A stretch of 32,000 nt of DNA from Demequinaceae bacterium (GTDB lineage: Bacteria; Actinomycetota; Actinomycetes; Actinomycetales; Demequinaceae): positions 750,001-782,000 of the forward strand of contig OZ252279.1 of assembly GCA_965250005.1 (NCBI GenBank), in the 5' to 3' direction. A program made the translations under genes and the position numbers. Shown in pieces: positions 29,510-32,000 of the stretch (its first letter is position 1; each line of letters begins with the position of its first letter). The notes under the pieces are model-generated. The model was given only the letters and a program-made list of their open reading frames with translations, did not search any database and was not told the DNA's origin.

Positions 29510-29523
29510 GTAGAAAAGCGAGT

Positions 29524-30321
29524 ATGAACCCCACTCCGGCGCAAGAGGCGAGCGACGCGATGATGCGCGTCGCTGCGCTGTCGCCGGACGATCGGGCGAG
29601 CACGTCGCGCAAGCGCGGCGGCGCCTCACGGGTCCAGATTCTCACGTTGCTGCAGGCATCCCAGGATGATCTGTCGGTCGAGGAGCTCAGCGAGGACTCC
29701 GGGCTGCACGTCAACACCATTCGTGGCCACATCGACGTTCTGCTGGCTGGCGGGCACGTGGAGTCCGTCCAAGCCGAGCCGCAGGGGCGAGGGCGCCCCA
29801 AGCTCAAGTACCGCGCGGTTCCCAACCCGGACTCTCCCTACGAGGACCTGTCGCGAGCTCTCGGCGCCACACTCACCGACGCCCAAAGTGCAGAGCTAGC
29901 GCGCCAAGCCGCGGCACGGTGGGCTGAACAGATCCCACCGGTCGCGCCGGCGGACACGCCTGACGAAGCCGTCGACCAAGCCGCTGACGCACTCCGGGGC
30001 GCGGGTTTCGCGGCCGCCATATCGCCACTAGGCGACAGCATTACGCTCGGCTCGTGCCCGTACGCAGAACTGGTTGCCGAACACCCGATTATCTGCGACA
30101 TCCACACGGAGTTGCTCTCGAGCATCCTGGAGGACACCAAACAAGACGTGGCCGTCGCGGGCGTCGATGTGTGGGTCAAGCCCGGCGTCTGCCAAGCGCG
30201 CCTGACCCGCGTCGACCTCTCGCCCACCCGAACCGCGACGCCCGGCGCGCTTGATGGCGCCAAACCAGATTTGAAAGAATCGTCAACACCAGCACCGTCA
30301 ACCGATAAGGACCCATCATGA
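29524..30321 (+). CDS. winged-HTH (ArsR/DeoR-like) transcriptional regulator with C-terminal three-Cys domain; ArnR/SufR-like by architecture and context
   Basis: The 265-aa product has a wHTH (RVQILTLLQASQDDLSVEELSEDSGLHVNTIRGHIDVLLAGGHVES...GRGRPKLKY). Its only cysteines form C178-X12-C191-X31-C223. The stop overlaps the narG start (ATGA, 30318-30321). Confidence 0.7.
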   Translation: MNPTPAQEASDAMMRVAALSPDDRASTSRKRGGASRVQILTLLQASQDDLSVEELSEDSGLHVNTIRGHIDVLLAGGHVESVQAEPQGRGRPKLKYRAVPNPDSPYEDLSRALGATLTDAQSAELARQAAARWAEQIPPVAPADTPDEAVDQAADALRGAGFAAAISPLGDSITLGSCPYAELVAEHPIICDIHTELLSSILEDTKQDVAVAGVDVWVKPGVCQARLTRVDLSPTRTATPGALDGAKPDLKESSTPAPSTDKDPS

Positions 30322-32000
30322 CCGCAGTCGAGGAAAACACCGGAAAGATCGCCGGCGACTTCCTGGTGAAGGCAGGCCGCTTCTTCACCCCAGGCGTCAC
30401 ATCGCCCGACCTGCGCACGGTGACCCGTGAGGGCGGGCGCGAGGCCGACTCGTTCTATCGCGACCGGTGGAGCCACGACAAGATCGTGCGCAGCACGCAC
30501 GGCGTGAACTGCACGGGATCCTGCTCGTGGAAGGTGTACGTCAAGGACGGCGTCATCACGTGGGAGACGCAGCAAACCGACTACCCGAGCGTTGGACCCG
30601 ACAGCCCGGAGTACGAGCCCCGCGGGTGCCCGCGCGGCGCCGCCTTCTCCTGGTACACGTACTCCCCCACGCGCGTGCGCTACCCCTACGTGCGCGGAGT
30701 CCTACTCGAGGAGTACCGCGCGAAGAAGGCGCAGCACCCCGATCCCATCGACGCGTGGGCTGCCCTCCAAGCCGACCCCGAGGCTCGCGCGCGCTACCAG
30801 ATCGCCCGCGGCAAGGGTGGACTAGTCCGCGCTTCATGGGGTGAAGCCCTGGAAATCGCCGCCGCTGCCCACGTCCACACCATCAAGGAGCACGGCCCAG
30901 ACCGCGTGTTCGGCTTCTCTCCCATCCCCGCAATGTCGATGGCGTCGCACGCGGCCGGCGGTCGTTTCATCAGCATGCTCGGCGGCTCGATGCTGTCGTT
31001 CTACGACTGGTACTGCGACCTCCCCATCGCGTCGCCCCAGGTGTTCGGCGACCAGACGGACGTCCCCGAATCCGCAGACTGGTGGAACGCGTCCTACCTG
31101 ATCATGTGGGGCGCGAACGTCCCCGTGACCCGCACCCCCGACGCCCACTTCATGGCCGAGGCCCGCTATCGCGGCCAAAAAGTTGTCACCGTCTCGCCCG
31201 ACTACGCCGACAACACCAAGTTCGCCGACGAGTGGATGAGCCCCCACCCCGGCACCGACGGCGCACTAGCGATGGCCATGGGCCACGTGCTCCTCAAGGA
31301 GTTCTACGTGGACCGCCAGGTGCCGCGCTTCGTCGAATACGTCAAGCAGTACAGCGACCTGCCGTTCCTGGTGAGCCTGCGCGAGAAGGACGGCGCGTGG
31401 GTGCCGGACAAGTTCGTCACCGCCGCAGACCTAGGCGACAAGAGCGAAAACGCCGAGTTCAAGACGGTGCTAATCGATTCGAAAACCGGCAAGCCCGCGG
31501 TGCCCAACGGATCGCTCGGCTTCCGGTTTGGCGAGGAGGGCGAGGGCAAATGGAATCTCGACCTCGAAGGCGTGGACCCCGCACTGTCGATGTACAAGGC
31601 GAAGGGCACAGAGACCGCCGAGGTCCTCCTGCCGCGCTTCGACCTAGCCCAGGAAAAGAACGAAGGTGGCGGCGTGCACCACCGCGGCGTCCCCGCGGGC
31701 CGCCTCAAGACCAAGAACGGCGAACGCCTGGTCACCACCGTTTTCGACCTCACTCTCGCGCAGTACGGCGTGGGCCGTGACGGACTGCCAGGCGAATGGC
31801 CCAAGGACTACGACGACCCGGCCCCGTACACGCCTGCGTGGCAGGAGGGCATCACCGGCGTCCCCGCCGAGACCGCGGCGCGTATCGGCCGCGAGTTCGC
31901 GCAGAACGCCGAGGACTCGGGTGGCCGCTCGATGATCATCCTTGGCGCAGGAACCAACCACTGGTTCCACTCCGACGAGATCTATCGGACGTTCCTCGCG
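30318..32000 (+). CDS. narG: respiratory nitrate reductase alpha subunit (5' 561 codons; continues beyond window)
   Basis: It is not in the ORF track because no stop occurs before the window end. My own translation: MTAVEENTGKIAGDFLVKAGRFF...DRWSHDKIVRSTHGVNCTGSCSWKVYVKDGVITWETQQTDYP...YEPRGCPRGAAFSWYTYSP. This shows the H-x3-C-x3-C FS0 cluster motif and the molybdopterin oxidoreductase fold. AAGGA lies 6 nt upstream of the ATG. Confidence 0.95.
   Translation, partial: MTAVEENTGKIAGDFLVKAGRFFTPGVTSPDLRTVTREGGREADSFYRDRWSHDKIVRSTHGVNCTGSCSWKVYVKDGVITWETQQTDYPSVGPDSPEYEPRGCPRGAAFSWYTYSPTRVRYPYVRGVLLEEYRAKKAQHPDPIDAWAALQADPEARARYQIARGKGGLVRASWGEALEIAAAAHVHTIKEHGPDRVFGFSPIPAMSMASHAAGGRFISMLGGSMLSFYDWYCDLPIASPQVFGDQTDVPESADWWNASYLIMWGANVPVTRTPDAHFMAEARYRGQKVVTVSPDYADNTKFADEWMSPHPGTDGALAMAMGHVLLKEFYVDRQVPRFVEYVKQYSDLPFLVSLREKDGAWVPDKFVTAADLGDKSENAEFKTVLIDSKTGKPAVPNGSLGFRFGEEGEGKWNLDLEGVDPALSMYKAKGTETAEVLLPRFDLAQEKNEGGGVHHRGVPAGRLKTKNGERLVTTVFDLTLAQYGVGRDGLPGEWPKDYDDPAPYTPAWQEGITGVPAETAARIGREFAQNAEDSGGRSMIILGAGTNHWFHSDEIYRTFLA

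Overview
GC-rich actinobacterial-type chromosome segment, mostly conserved housekeeping genes, tightly packed and often translationally coupled by 1-4 nt stop/start overlaps. The minus strand carries leuA, then era, a DUF21-CBS-CorC protein, ybeY, phoH-like and HIT, then dnaJ-hrcA with a CIRCE operator. It also carries hemW-lepA and leuS-degV-comEA-comEC-holA. The plus strand carries three tandem DUF4870 membrane-protein paralogs, a PAS-GGDEF-EAL gene coupled to a MazF/PemK-fold gene, rpsT, and modAB. The right end is a nitrate-respiration locus: two tandem narK-type transporters, divergent from a three-cysteine wHTH regulator whose stop overlaps the start of narG. narG is open to the window edge and absent from the ORF track. 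I found no CRISPR array, tRNA/rRNA, transposase, integrase, phage genes or recognisable defence island, so most of the window is ordinary core genome. The observations most worth follow-up are: (1) the c-di-GMP enzyme coupled to an antitoxin-less MazF-like protein with a Lys/Pro-rich tail; (2) the nar control region, with CACAT/ATGTG repeats over divergent promoters and an ArnR/SufR-like regulator fused into the narG operon; (3) a leaderless Leu-codon leader ORF upstream of leuA whose Leu codons are complementary to the leuA Shine-Dalgarno; (4) a 200-240 nt out-of-frame comEC/holA overlap; (5) a frameshift-split secreted protein downstream of leuA. All calls come from reading the sequence and from remembered family motifs. 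No database search or folding computation was run.
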